From Camelus dromedarius (lineage: Eukaryota): DNA of 64,000 nt. This document shows, piece by piece, positions 26,621 to 38,874 of the stretch. Both the position numbers and the translations under genes were made by a program. Position 1 is the stretch's first letter. Each line of letters opens with the position of its first letter. The stretch is from contig NC_087436.1 in NCBI RefSeq assembly GCF_036321535.1, forward strand, positions 99,078,001-99,142,000, read 5' to 3'. A model generated the notes under the pieces. The model did not search any database, had not been told where the DNA came from, and saw only the letters and a list, made by a program, of their open reading frames with translations.

Positions 26621-27090
26621 AATTTAATGCCCAATAGTAACTTTGCTGAAGTTAAATATTCAAACTTAGAGTAATAATTGAGTCAGTAGGGTTGGTTATG
26701 GTATTTTTCCTTTATTTTTAAGAAAGTGAATTTGAAATTTTAAAGTGAAAGACTCTTAACTTCGCAATAATCAAAGTAGATGATTCATTAATCTGAAGAC
26801 ACCATAATAAATCCTGACTATATAAGCCTAAAAAGGTAGGGTATCACTTTTCTTAAGGCCAAATAGTTTTAAGCCAGAGATACAAGAATACAAACTCTTT
26901 CCTTATCTTAGTATCTTTGGGTTCATGAAAAAGTCTTTCCTATATCCAGGCATTACTTTATTATCAGAAATAAAACAGGGTCATTAATTTTTATCATATG
27001 TTTGCTGTATATATTAAAGGAGATTTGGGGGTTTCATTCGGAATTGGAGAAAAAAAGTCTAGATGTATCACTTAAATAGGGGTCTTCTTT

Positions 27091-28105
27091 GTGTCAGACA
27101 TATTTTGGTTAATTTTTTCCCACTCCTCTTTTTCCTTTATCAGTTCATTGTATCTCAGCTTCAACTTTACCCTTTAATATCTGCTCTGGAGTAAAGGCTG
27201 GAATTCCTTTCAGGATTTCTCCTCTAAAGTGTGCCCAGGTTACCTTCATAGAAGAGAGTACTGGAAGGATATCGCAGGAAGAAAGAGGCTTCTCTTGCAA
27301 GTTACAGCTGCTGCACAATGGGTCAGCATTATGGATGTGAAGATAGACAGTGGTGCTCTGGTCCACCCATGGTCCCTCTACAATCTCAAAAAACTGTGTC
27401 AGACTGATGTTCACCTTTCTGTGATACTCTCAACATGGAAGCTGGCACTCTAGACCTCCAGTCCACAGTGTTGCCTCTGACTTTCTCTACATGGCTACTG
27501 CCCTGGAAATCTGTCTCCTGAGGCCCTTCCAATGTGGACATAACAAGCTCCAGGCCATCTACTGCAGAGACACATCAACTTCCTCTTCATACCCCCCAAT
27601 GATAGCAGCTCATCTACACTCCAAAGGATTGCTTCCTGTTTGCCTGGTGATTGTGGACCAACTCTAGCTTGGGCAACCCAGTGAGCTTCATGACCAGCCG
27701 GTAGGCTCTAAAAACACCCTTACCAATAAGCAGTAAATCAAACAACAAGGTCCTACTATATAGCACTGAAGACTATATTCAATAACCTGTAATAACCTAC
27801 AATGAAAAAGAATATGAAAAAAATATTTATGAATCACTATGCTGTACACCAGAAACTAACATAACATTGTAAATCAACTATACTTCAATAAAAAAAATAA
27901 GGAGTGAACCCATCTTTTGGATGGGCCCCCACCTTCGAATTTGTACTTTTCTGGGTATCCTCCCTCATCCCTGGACTCCTCTTTAGAGTTATCTTCACAT
28001 CAAGTCACTCTACTATCAATACTTAACACTTCTTTATATTAAAACATCCCTTCTTAAGTCACTGATGGGATCTATGCTCTGATTTGAACCAGTTTGGTTT
28101 TTGGC
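27091..28105 (+). mobile_element. ERVL-class solo LTR (LTR41/LTR67-like, family uncertain), interrupted by an L1 tail
   Basis: GC-richer block starting 'tgtgtcagacatattttgg'. The 3' end 'ttctttatattaaaacatcccttcttaagtcactgatgggatctatgctctgatttgaacc' resembles the ERVL LTR polyA/U5 region. Confidence 0.55.
27740..27895 (+). mobile_element. Severely 5'-truncated L1 3'UTR tail with degenerate 15-bp TSD
   Basis: 'aacaacaaggtcctactatatagcac...gctgtacaccagaaactaacataacattgtaaatcaactatacttcaataaaaaaa'. TSD aataagcagtaaatc (27725-27739) and aataaggagtgaacc (27896-27910). Confidence 0.9.
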
Positions 28106-28134
28106 AAAGTTTACTCCATTACTTTGAGCAGAAT

Positions 28135-28340
28135 TAACTCCTCTCTTTTCTGTATCCTACAGTAATTTGCTCATGCTTTGTTGCATTACATTGTTCACAT
28201 TGCAATTACCTGTTTACTAGTCTGTTTTTACTCCTAGAATGTGTGATATCTTTAGGACAGAGGCACATTTTCTACAGTTATCTGTATCATATTTTTTTTG
28301 CTTGTTTAATAAATATTAAGTGACTGGCTAGATGAATAGG
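28135..28340 (+). mobile_element. L2 3' fragment
   Basis: 'cctgtttactagtctgtttttactcctagaatgtgtgatatctttaggacagagg...tttaataaatattaagtgactggctagatgaat'. Confidence 0.6.
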
Positions 28341-29104
28341 ATGAGAATTCACATAGGACTCTACAAGTCCAAATATATTTAATACATGGTATACAGAAAG
28401 ACTGTATTTTACTAAAGAGCAAGCTATGAAGAGCAGCTATAAATATAGACCAACAATAATGAAAAACAGAAAAATAAATTGTCAAAAAATTCTGTAAATT
28501 ATTTGCTTTTTTTTTTTTATATTGGCATGTTTGGCTTTTGCCTTGAAGTGAAAATGGTTGTTTATATATGTTTCTACACAAGAATTAGTTATAGAAATCA
28601 AAAAATCATATATTCTTTTGGCTCTGTGCAAAAAATAGATGCTTTATATACAGTGTGCACTTTAAAGTCAGTTAAATGTTACGGATGAATTCTGTTTTAC
28701 CAACATAGCCATCAATATAACTTCAACAGCATCATTATGTATTACATATTTTAAAGTTATTGCTAATGATCACTAATCACTAATTTGTATGTCACAGATA
28801 ATTAACATACTTTCCCTCACTAGAAAAGATGTAACTAATTTCAGGATTAAATTTATTACCCTCACACACAGAAACATGACTCTCAAGCAAATCAAATGAT
28901 TTTAAAGATGATAGCTAAGTTCTTTTTTACCTCTCTGTGAAAGTGGTAAAATAAAAATTTACTGATTGGAATTTGCCTTTCACTTGAGGAAGTTAAGCAT
29001 GATAACAGATTAATCATAAAACTTCTATATATTGTGATCATTCTGGGTATAAATGAGACCTGAAATGTTGTATAAAAACTGTGTAAATGTAAAGACTATT
29101 GGAC

Positions 29105-29292
29105 TGAATAACAGAAAGAAATCTAGCCTGGGAGTCTAAAGATGTCGAATTTATTGGCTTATTTCTCACTTTGACATTAGTCAGCTATGCTAGTGGTCTC
29201 AGACAAGTTATTAAAACTTTCTGGGTGAAATATGGAGGTTGGAGCAAATAATCTACAAATTTCCTTCCAGCATTATTAATTATATTATTCTT
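29105..29292 (+). mobile_element. MIR3-like SINE
   Basis: 'tagcctgggagtctaaagat...tcagacaagttattaaaactttctgg...ggaggttggagcaaataatctacaaatttccttccagc'. Confidence 0.6.
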
Positions 29293-29414
29293 TTGAAATC
29301 TGTAAAATCACTTAGAGTTAATCACCCTCAGTGAAGAAGTCAATGTTTTTCTCCAAAGAATAGTTAATTTTATTACCCAAACCACATACATTTTGATTAA
29401 AATAAATAATGCAT

Positions 29415-29520
29415 TTCTTTCTTCTTTGCTCTTTTCTCTTTCCTCCTTCCCATTCTTTCCTCCCTCCTCCCAGATCCCCTCTTTCTCTCTCTTATTCTCT
29501 TTCTCCTTCTTTCCCTGCTT
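29415..29520 (+). repeat. CT-rich polypyrimidine tract
   Basis: ttctttcttctttgctctttttctctttcctccttccc... Confidence 0.85.
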
Positions 29521-29748
29521 TGAATTGGATAATTTAAAATAATAAAAGTTTAAAAATTTGAGAACAGACTAAATGCAGATACATGAATTTAATACATCTA
29601 ATTTTCCCTCTTAAATGTTAAGAATCATGTAACAGGGAAAACCATGAGAATAACTTTCTCAAAATCTCTCCTAAGCAAAGACACTTTATTGAATAATATT
29701 TAACAATAGAGTTGAACTTCTTTGTACCAAAAGCAAAAATAAGAATTT

Positions 29749-30718
29749 GAGCTCATACAACTCAACAACAACAACAACAACAACACAAATCCAATCCAAA
29801 AATGGGCAGAAGACCTAAACACACATTTCTCCAAAGAAGACATGCAGTAGGCTAACAGGCACATGAGAAGATGCTCAACATTGCTAATCATCAAAGAAAT
29901 GCAACTCAAAACTGAAATGAGGTATCACCTCACACCAGTCAGAATGACCATCGTTAAAAAGTCAACAAATAATAAATGCTGGAGAAGGTGTGCAAAAAAG
30001 GGAAACTTCCTACACTGTTGGTAGGAATGTAAACTAGTGCAGCCACTATGGAAGATAGTATGGAGGTTCCTTAAAACACTAAAAATAAAGCTACCATATG
30101 ATCTAGCAATCCCACTACTGGGCATATATTCAGAGAAAGCTATAGTCTGAAGATACATGCACCCAAAGTTCATAGCAACACTATTTACAATATCCAAGAC
30201 ATGGAAGCAACCTAAATGTCCATCTACAGATGAATGGATAAAGAAGATGTGGTATATACACAATGGAATACTACTCAGCCATAAAAAAAGAATGAAATAA
30301 TGTCATTTGCAGCAATATGTACAGACCTAGAGATTATCATACTAAGTGAAGTTAAGCCAGACAGATAAATACAAATATCATATGGTATCACTTATATATG
30401 GAAGCTAAAATATAATACAAGTGAACTTATTTATAAAACAGAAGCAGACTCACAGACATAGAAAACAAACTTGCAGTTACCAAACAGGAAGAAGGGGGAG
30501 GGATAAATTACAAGTTTGGGATTAGCAGATACAAACTACTATATATAAAATAGATAAGCAACAAGGTCCTATTGTATAGCATAAAGAACTATATTCAATA
30601 TCTTGTAATCACCTATAATAGAAAATAATATGAAAAAGAATATATATATAACTGAATCACTATGCTGTACAGCAGAAACTAACACTTTGTAAATCAACTA
30701 TACTTCAATAAAAAAAAA
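29749..30718 (+). mobile_element. 5'-truncated L1 (ORF2 C-terminus, 3'UTR and polyA)
   Basis: 'ccaatccaaaaatgggcagaagacctaaacacacatttctccaaagaagac...aggtatcacctcacaccagtcagaatg...caatggaatactactcagccataaaaaa...aaatcaactatacttcaataaaaaaaaa'. Confidence 0.95.
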
Positions 30719-30724
30719 TTAAAA

Positions 30725-30900
30725 TCAAATCAGTAGAGAAAATGGTTGTATTCAACAAATGGTGTAGCAATAACTGGCTAGATGTACCCTAGATCCCTAC
30801 CATATTCCTTGCACCAAATTAATCTGCAGATGGAATTAGTTTAAAAAAATGAATAAAACTTTAGAAATTACACAGCACCCATTATTAAAAGAAAGCATTT
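30725..30900 (+). mobile_element. Ancient L1M ORF2 fragment
   Basis: 'cagtagagaaaatggttgtattcaacaaatggtgtagcaataactggcta...gatccctaccatattccttgcaccaaattaat' (LFNKWC.NW region). Confidence 0.6.
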
Positions 30901-31173
30901 TAATAATCTTTTGCTAATTATTATTTTTTTCTAAACTAAATCATTTGAGAACAACAAAACAGTGAAAAATATTCATTAGCAACATTTGGAATTTCATTAA
31001 CCCTGAAGACTTTTTTTTTAAGTGAGCATATCAATTGAGTGCAAAAAACCAGGACCAAAAGTTTAAATCACTGTTTTGTGAATATAATTTTGTAGGGGTC
31101 ATGCATAATGTTCAGTAAGAATATTGTTTTCTATAATATAAGATACAACTAGGTAGAGTTAATAAATATAAAA

Positions 31174-31365
31174 CAGAAGTTGTAACCCAAATGCCCATGG
31201 AGAAGAGACTGGAACAAATGTGAAATTGTTAGGTGTAGAATCCAGCACTGAGTAAGTGGCAGGGACTGAGGGGACCGGGAGAGTACAAGTTCATATAAAG
31301 AGGGTAGCAACAAGTTGACCCCAGATAATTTGTGCGGATGTGACCTGGTCAGTCTTTAGAAACAG
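31174..31365. mobile_element. Probable non-autonomous hAT (MER-type) fragment, family unresolved
   Basis: 'cagaagttgtaacccaaatgccca...gggactgaggggaccgggagagtacaagttcatataaagagggtagc' resembles an old MER DNA element. Confidence 0.4.
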
Positions 31366-31419
31366 CTTGCAGTAAAATAAACAAACAAACAAGCAAATAT
31401 TTTGATCAAATTAATAATC

Positions 31420-31640
31420 ATCATAATAATTCTACTTTATTATCTTTAAGTAATTTATAGTTCTTTACACTTTCACCTGTATTAGCTTTTGCTTTGGAGC
31501 AGAAGTGTGAGGTCAGAAAGAAAATCATATTACTGCTGGTTTACAGTAAAGGAAATTAAATGAACTTAAGAGACTTGCTCAAAGTCAGGCCTGGGATTTA
31601 AACCAAAGCGGCCAGGGTCCCCTAATTAGGTGCATCATCC
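31420..31640 (-). mobile_element. MIR fragment
   Basis: 'ttacagtaaaggaaattaaa...taagagacttgctcaaagtca...cctgggatttaaaccaaag'. Confidence 0.55.
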
Positions 31641-31714
31641 TGTAATATCACAAAATGCTCCCCGGTTTAGAGTCAGGATTTTACAAATAACTGTTGGAAG
31701 AAAAAAAGCTGCCA

Positions 31715-31884
31715 GATAAACAATACGAACCTACTTTATAGCACAGGGAATTCAATATCTTGTAATAACCTATAGTGGAAAAGAATCTGAATATATATAC
31801 ATATACACGTATAAATGAATCACTTTGCTGTACACCAACAACTAACACAAATTTGTAAATCAACTATACTTCAATTTTTTAAAA
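31715..31884 (+). mobile_element. L1 3'UTR tail (5'-truncated)
   Basis: 'gataaacaatacgaacctactttatagcacagggaattcaatatcttgtaataacctata...gtaaatcaactatacttcaatttttt'. The flanks aaaaagctgcca and aaaaatgcca are a likely TSD. Confidence 0.9.
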
Positions 31885-32654
31885 AATGCCATCATTGTTT
31901 AAACTTTGGCCCACATTGAAGACTTAATATCAATGAAAGATCTGTTTTCCATTAACAGGTCCTAGAACATGGTATCAAAAAATTATGCACATAGAAAGGA
32001 TGAAAAAGAGAAGATACTAAAAAGTATGCAATTATGAAATAATTTTTAGGTATTATAGGCATATATAAAGAGAATAAAAATAAAAATCCTAGATAACACA
32101 TCACAGTTGAAAATTTATCATTTCTTTATAATGCCAAGAATCAGCCATAGCAGATGGACCCACTTGTTGTTCAGCAATGAGAAATTGTAAATTCACATTA
32201 AAGAAAGAAAGAATGAAATGGGGAAGAGAGAAATTCATTCTCTATCACTTTTTGCCAGAGGAACTTCACCATTACTATAGTCATCAGAACTATTTAATAT
32301 GTATTGCCTCCTGGTGTCATTATATAATGAATATATATATAATGAATAACTTTTTGCTTTGCAAGAACTATTCCTGTTATTCAAGAGCTAGCAATCCTTG
32401 AAATAAGTCTCCTTGTATCTATATTCCTACAGATAGGAATAATAAATTACAACCTAATGAGAAAATTGTTTTCTGAACTTACTGATAAAAAGCACTTTTG
32501 CAAAGTAGCTAAGTGTTTGCTCTTAACAGAAACTCCAATATTCTAGCTATACTACCTATTTGCTGGTAGCCTGGACAAGTTTATTCATTTTCTGAGCCTC
32601 AGTGATGAGCTTAGAGATGTCTCAAGGATAAAATTAAATATACATATTAGAAAC

Positions 32655-33382
32655 TTAATCTTGTATCCTGCTACCTTGCCAAATTCTTTTACCAGCTCTA
32701 GTAGATTCTGTGTGAAACTTTCAGGGTTTTCTATATGTAGTATCATGTCATTCACATATAGTAACAATTTTACCTCTTCTCCTCCAATTTGGATCCCTTT
32801 TATTTCTTTTTCTTGCTGATTGTTGTGGCTAGGACTTCTAAGACTATGTTGAATAGAAGTGATAAGAGTGGGCATCTTTTTCTTGTCCCAGATTTTAGTG
32901 GGAAGTCTTTCAACTTTTCACCATTGAGAATTATGTTGGCTGTGGGTTTGTCATAAATAGTTTTTACTATGTTGAGCTATATTTCCTCAATATCCACTTT
33001 GGTAAGAGATTTTATCGTAAGTGGGTATTGAATTTTATCAAATGCTTTTCTACAACTATTGAGATGATCAGGTGATTTTTGACCCTTCTTTTGTTGATGT
33101 AGTCTATTACATTGATTGATTTGCATATGTTGAACCATCCTTGTGGGATAAATCCAACTTGATCAATGTGAAAGATCTTTTTAATGTGCTGTTAGATTCT
33201 GTGTGCTAACATTTTGTTGAGGATTTTTGCATCTATGTTCATAATAATATTGGCCTATAAGTTTCTTTTTTGGTAGTTTCTTTGTCTGGTTTTGGTATCA
33301 GGATGATGGTGGCTTTATAGAATGAGTTTGAGAGTACTCCTTCCTTTTCAATCTTTTGGAAGAGTTTGAGAATGACTGGTAT
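32655..33382 (-). mobile_element. Inverted 5' segment of a twin-primed L1 (ORF2 RT region)
   Basis: Minus-strand peptide [31 protein letters not shown]...[16 protein letters not shown] covers the L1 RT FADD region. Confidence 0.92.
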
Positions 33383-35348
33383 GAGCTGATAAATGAATTT
33401 GGAAAGGTAGCAGGATACAAAGTTAACATACAGAAATCAGCTGCATTTCTTTACACTAACAATGAAATAAGAGAGAAAGAAAATAAAAAAAAAATCCTTT
33501 TTAAAATCACATCCAAAACAATAAAATACTTAGGAATAAATAGATGAAAGACTTTTACATGGAAACTACAAAACATTGATTAAGGAAATTAAAAATGACT
33601 TAAAGAAATTGAAAGATAGCTCATGCTCCTGGATTTGAGTAATCAATATTCCTAAAATGGTCATACTTCCCAAGGCAATTTACAGATTTAATGTGATCCC
33701 TATCAAGTTACCCAACATTTTTCACAGAACTAGAACAAATAATCCTAAAATCTGTATGGAATCACAAAAGACCCAGAATAGCCAAAGCAATATTGAATAA
33801 AAAAAACGAAACTTGAGGAATAACCCTCCTAGACTTCAGACAACACTACAGGGCTACAGTAATCAAAACAGCATCGTATTGGCATAAAAACAGACATATG
33901 GATCAATGCAACAGAGTAGAGAGCCCAGAAATAAACACAAAGACCTATGGACAATTAATTTTTGGCAAAGGAGGCAAGAATATGCAGTGGAGAAAAGACA
34001 GTCTCTTCAGCAAGTGGTTGGGAAAACTGTAAAATCAATGAAGTTAAAACACTCTTCACACCATACACAAAAATAAAACAAAATGGCTTAAAGACTTAAA
34101 TATAAGAAAAGACACAATAAAATTCCTAGAAGAAAACATATGCAAAACATTCTCTGACATAAATCTTAGTAGTGTTCTCTTAGGGCAGTCTACCTAGGCA
34201 ATAGAAATAAAAGCAAAAATAAACAAATGGGATCTAATTAAACTTATAAGCTTTTGCACAGCAAAGGAAACCATAAGGAAAACAAAACAACAACCTATGG
34301 AATGGGAGTAAATATTTGCAAATGATGTGACTGACAAAGGTTTAATTTCCAGAATATATAAACATCTTAAATGACTTAATAACAACTAAACAAACAACCA
34401 ATCCAAAAATGGGCAGAAGGCCTAAAGAAGCAATTCTCCAGTGAAGACATACAAATGTACAATAGACACATGAAGAAATGCTCACTATCACTAATTATCA
34501 GAGAAATGCAAATCAAAATTACAATGAAGTACTACCATCTCATACTAGTCAGAATGGCCATCATTAAAAAGTCCACAAAAGATAAATGCTGGAGAGGGTG
34601 TAGAGAAAAGAAAACCCCCTTCTACTGTTGGTGGGAATGTCGCTTGGTGCAGCCATTATGGAAAACAGTATGGAGATTCCTCAAAAAATTAAAAATAGAC
34701 TTACCATATGATACAGCAATACCACTCCTGGGCATATATCCAGAGGGAACTCTAATTCAAAAAGATACATGCACCCTAATATTCATAGCAGTACTATATA
34801 CAATAGCCAAGACATGGAAACAACCTAAATGTCCATCAACAGATGACTGGATAAAGAAGTTTTGGTATATGTATATATAATGGAATACTACTCAGCCATA
34901 AAAAAGAATAAAATTATGCTATTTGCAGCAACATGGATGGGTCTAAAGATCATTCTAAGCAAAGTAAGCCAGAAAGAGAAAGAAAAATACCATATGCTAT
35001 CAATCATATGTGGTATCTAAAAGAAAAAAAAAAACAGGCTACTCATAATCTCATCTACAAAACAGAAACAGACTTACAGACATAGTAAACAATCTTTTGG
35101 TTACTGGGGGAAAAGAGGCAGGAAGGGATAAATTTGAGAGTTTGAGATTTATAAATGTTAGCCACTGTATACATAAATAGATAAAAACAATCAAATTTCT
35201 TCTGTGTAGCACAGGAACTATATTCAATATCTTGTAATAACCTTTAATGGAAAAGAATATGAAAACAAATATAGGTATGTTTTTGCATGACTGAGACATT
35301 GTGCTGTACACCAGAAATTGACACATTGTAACTGACTGTACTTCAATA
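33383..35348 (+). mobile_element. Sense 3' segment of the same L1 (ORF2 post-RT region, Cys-rich domain, 3'UTR)
   Basis: Peptides [19 protein letters not shown] and [18 protein letters not shown]...CWRGC...[17 protein letters not shown]...WIKKFWY. 9-bp TSD agaaactta (32649-32657) and agaaattta (35583-35591). Confidence 0.95.
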
Positions 35349-35437
35349 GGAAGAAAGAAAGTTAGAAAGAAAGAAAGAAGGAAAGAAAGAAAGTTAGAAA
35401 AAAAGAAAGAAAAAGAAAAAGAAAAGAAAAGAAAGAA

Positions 35438-35493
<56 letters not shown>

Positions 35494-35495
35494 AA

Positions 35496-35579
<84 letters not shown>

Positions 35580-35587
35580 AAAAGAAA
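35349..35587 (+). repeat. (GAAA)n / (GAAAA)n microsatellite derived from the L1 polyA tail
   Basis: About 240 bp of gaaa units immediately after the L1 end 'tgactgtacttcaata' and inside the TSD pair. Confidence 0.97.
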
Positions 35588-35631
35588 TTTAGCATAGTCA
35601 GGCATCATAGTACATACTAAGTGTCAGATAA

Positions 35632-36070
35632 TGTGAAGGATGCTCAGATGACTCCTCAAACCCACCCCCCCTTCAAACTGGAGTGACATTTCCCTAATTT
35701 CTGCCTTCCATAGCTCAATGGTCAGACTTCCCCAGGATTGTCCTAGCTAAGAAGAGATGCCTCACCTAAGTCATGTCCCTTTTCTGAATGAAGGCAGCTG
35801 AATCCTACAACTACTTGACACAGGGATATAAAAACCTGTGTCCATGACCTCACAAGATAACACTGTGAAGGACCATCCCAGCTCCAGAATTCTATGGAGG
35901 CTCAGCTCTGCCCTTGTTGAGACTACACTGCAGCCTAATTTCACTTTCTGCCCAGTCCTGTTTCCTTCCCTTTCCCAATACATCTACATCTTAAGAGCAC
36001 TTCCCAAGTAACTTCCTGTAAAATAATCTGTCTTAGAACCTGCTTCCCCAGGAACCCAACCTCTAATACA
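35632..36070 (+). mobile_element. LTR16-family (ERVL) solo LTR
   Basis: TG...CA ends. 'gggatataaaaacctg...ctgtgaaggaccatcccagctccagaa...ttctgcccagtcctgtttccttccc...aagagcacttccca...ctgcttccccaggaacccaacctctaataca'. Confidence 0.85.
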
Positions 36071-38049
36071 CAAGTTTCACTTTTTGAGTTTCAAAATTGT
36101 ATATATTAAAATAATTAAAATTGTTTAAAATTAATCTTTACTCTTGATAGTTTTTTAGTATCATGTCTTTAAGGCATGAAATACTATCCTCATTTCTTTA
36201 TCTGATAGTCTTATTTTATGACTTGAATTCTTCGCAATATGTGATACTTTACATAGATACTTTTTTAGGTCCATAAACTAGACTTCTAGTACAAACTAAC
36301 CCCAAGGCTCCTTTTAAGGCTGAATTGGGAAAATCAGTTAAGTACTTACTGCCTTCAGAATATCCTACAATGCTCATTTAGAATTCAGAAGTTCAGATAC
36401 ATTCTTTTCTTATGCTTCCTTTTCATAAATACCTATACCATTGCTTCTAAACATATTTTGACAATAATATCCCTCTTATGCTACATTGTTCGTGTCATTT
36501 TATGACCATAAGTAGTAATAAACTTCTAGACTTCTGGTTTCAGTTTGTGAATGTGCAAATTTATCCAAATAAAAATTTCTCTGAGGAAAAACAAAAGCAT
36601 GCACACTACAAAATGTACTAAATTAGTAGAATCATTCAAGCACGTTAAATTTATTCTAGGATCCAGATACAAATGCAAGAAAAATTTCTACATACTCTCA
36701 AATAAGGGACTTGATTAAAGTCATCAGTTTAGCCTACTTAGTGAGCTTTATTTACCTTAAAACTTGGATATATTGCTGATTTTCTAAAATCAAAAATACT
36801 TAAGTAAAATTTTTAATTTTTGTATTCTCTAATAATAAACTGTACTCTTTCCTTGAAAAGTGAACCAGAACTGTTATTATTCTCAGGATATAGAGACTCT
36901 TCCTCAAACTGGATTCAAAACATTCTGTATGCCTTGCGTTTGTGAATCTAACAAGCATGCTTCTGCCAAAACAATGTAAAGAAATGTATTGTCACATAAA
37001 AATACATACTTGTTCTTCATAATCTGAAAGAAATGTAGTTCAAATTATCATTATATATAACATTCTTTTACTATATTTGTGAGTTAAAATGTTGTATGTT
37101 GTTTTCTGAAAACATGCTGTTATGTTCTCTGTAAACAATTCAGTCCTTTGCCTTATTAAAAAGTTAATGCTGATAGAATGATGTGCTAATTTATATTTTT
37201 CAGTTGACATAATACTTTCAAGAGCACTGGGATATATAAAATCTCTTAGACCACTATTGATAGAAGTGATTTTTACTCATCTCAAGGATATTCAATTAAC
37301 TATTTATAACCTTTTCCCTAAATTTCCATTTATACTTTGGCAGAACAGGATTTTATGTTGATTATTAACAGAATGAGTTTAAAAAGAAAAATACATATTC
37401 TTTTTTCTGTTAATTTAAAAATTCTGAATTACTTCCTATAAATTTCAGCAATTAATTCTTATGTCTACGTGACAAAATGAGACAAAACTTGAAATGGAAT
37501 ATAATATACATTGCTGTTTGGATATGTATTTAACTAATAAAATACATTAAAGCTTTGATAAACATGTTTTAAATAAATATATGGTGACCATATGTCCAGA
37601 ATAACACTTCCAAATACATTTTCTAAAAATGCTGTGATTTTACAACCAGAGTTGGAATGCATTTGAGTTTGTAGTCCAAAAGGATACCACCTGTGTTGTC
37701 CAAAAAGCCTCAAATTATTTTATGTGGACCTACATTTATGATGCTCCCAGAAGACAGGAAGGCATAATCTTAATTATTCTTTTTAGTCTTTAAACATCAC
37801 CCAAACATAAAACTTGAAGGAATATAAGCTTCTTACATTCTGAAAGAATGTACAGAAGGAATTAATACTTAAGGGGTAAAACAGCAGAATTAACAAACAG
37901 CAGAATTTAATTCTACATTTTTTTTCAAATGTATCATGTCTAGAATATAAGATAACTATGCTTAATATATTTAAATTTTTAAAATTCAGCTTGAAAAACA
38001 AGAATATTTTTAAAAAAATATAAAAAATAATTAGTAGATAAGTGCTCCT

Positions 38050-38690
38050 ATAAAACTTGTACAATCAAAACTAACAAGTAATATGTGAAATTCAGTGAAT
38101 GGGTCAAAAAGTCAAATTAAAGTTGAGGGTTTAATTAAGGAATGAAAGCTACACTGGAAAAATAAGAGAATGCATCTCAGAGAAACAAAGTCTAATATTG
38201 AAATAGAGGTTTGGAGACTTGCAGGATAGCATGACAAGGTCTTAAGTAGGTGTAATTGTATTTTCTGAAGGATATCATAGAATGGAGAAAGTAGAGTACT
38301 GAATCATAAAATGGCTAAGGAATTTTTGAGTTATATAAAGAAACTAATCCTTCAATTTAGAAATTCTAAATTATTCCCCCCCTACCCCAGAACTCTAGCA
38401 CATCAGAATGAAACTGCAAAATTCCACGAGGAAAATAACGAAAACTAGAGTTGGAAAAAACCAGTAAAAACAGCAATAGATTACTTCCAAATATGCACTT
38501 AGACTGAAAATTCACTTACAAAAACACCAACCAATTATCTCCAGAAAACCTTAGAATATTTATTGTCTTTACTGTGTTAAGAAAATATTTTTGACATAAA
38601 ATTCGAATTCTGGAAAAAGTATTCTATAACTAATGCAAAACAAAGAGCAGATTTTTAAAAAGACTTTAATGTAAAAATAGTATCAAAATA
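38050..38690 (+). mobile_element. Ancient L1M/HAL1 ORF1-like fragment
   Basis: A-rich, with remnants 'gagacttgcaggatagcatgacaaggtct...taattgtattttctgaagga', 'aatggctaaggaattttt', 'aatccttcaatttagaaa' and 'tagcacatcagaatgaaactgcaaaa'. Confidence 0.6.
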
Positions 38691-38874
38691 TGTTGATTAA
38701 GAATGTGTATAAGTAAAAATAAATAGCTCAAACACCTGAGATGATAAAAATTAGCAAGTGAATGTCTGGTACTTTTAATTATATTTAAATTTTCAAGTGT
38801 TCCCTTCTCACCTGTAATAACGCAGTTCATTTTTATGTATGTGATGTATTAATACCTGACACTGTCTTATCTCA

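Larger units (their letters stand above)
32555..35632 (+). mobile_element. MIR split by the inverted L1 (arms about 32555-32657 and 35583-35632)
   Basis: Left arm 'ggacaagtttattcattttctgagcctcagt...aaggataaaattaaatatacatattagaaac'. Right arm 'ttagcatagtcaggcatcatagtacatactaagtgtcagataatg' is the MIR tail. Confidence 0.6.

Noticed and set aside
34455..34880. 141-aa ORF as a functional gene
   Set aside because: It is the C-terminal fragment of L1 ORF2 in a truncated, inverted and frameshifted copy.
35051..35608. Longest track ORF (185 aa, FLSF repeats) as a membrane protein
   Set aside because: It is the antisense translation of the (GAAA)n microsatellite plus L1 3'UTR.
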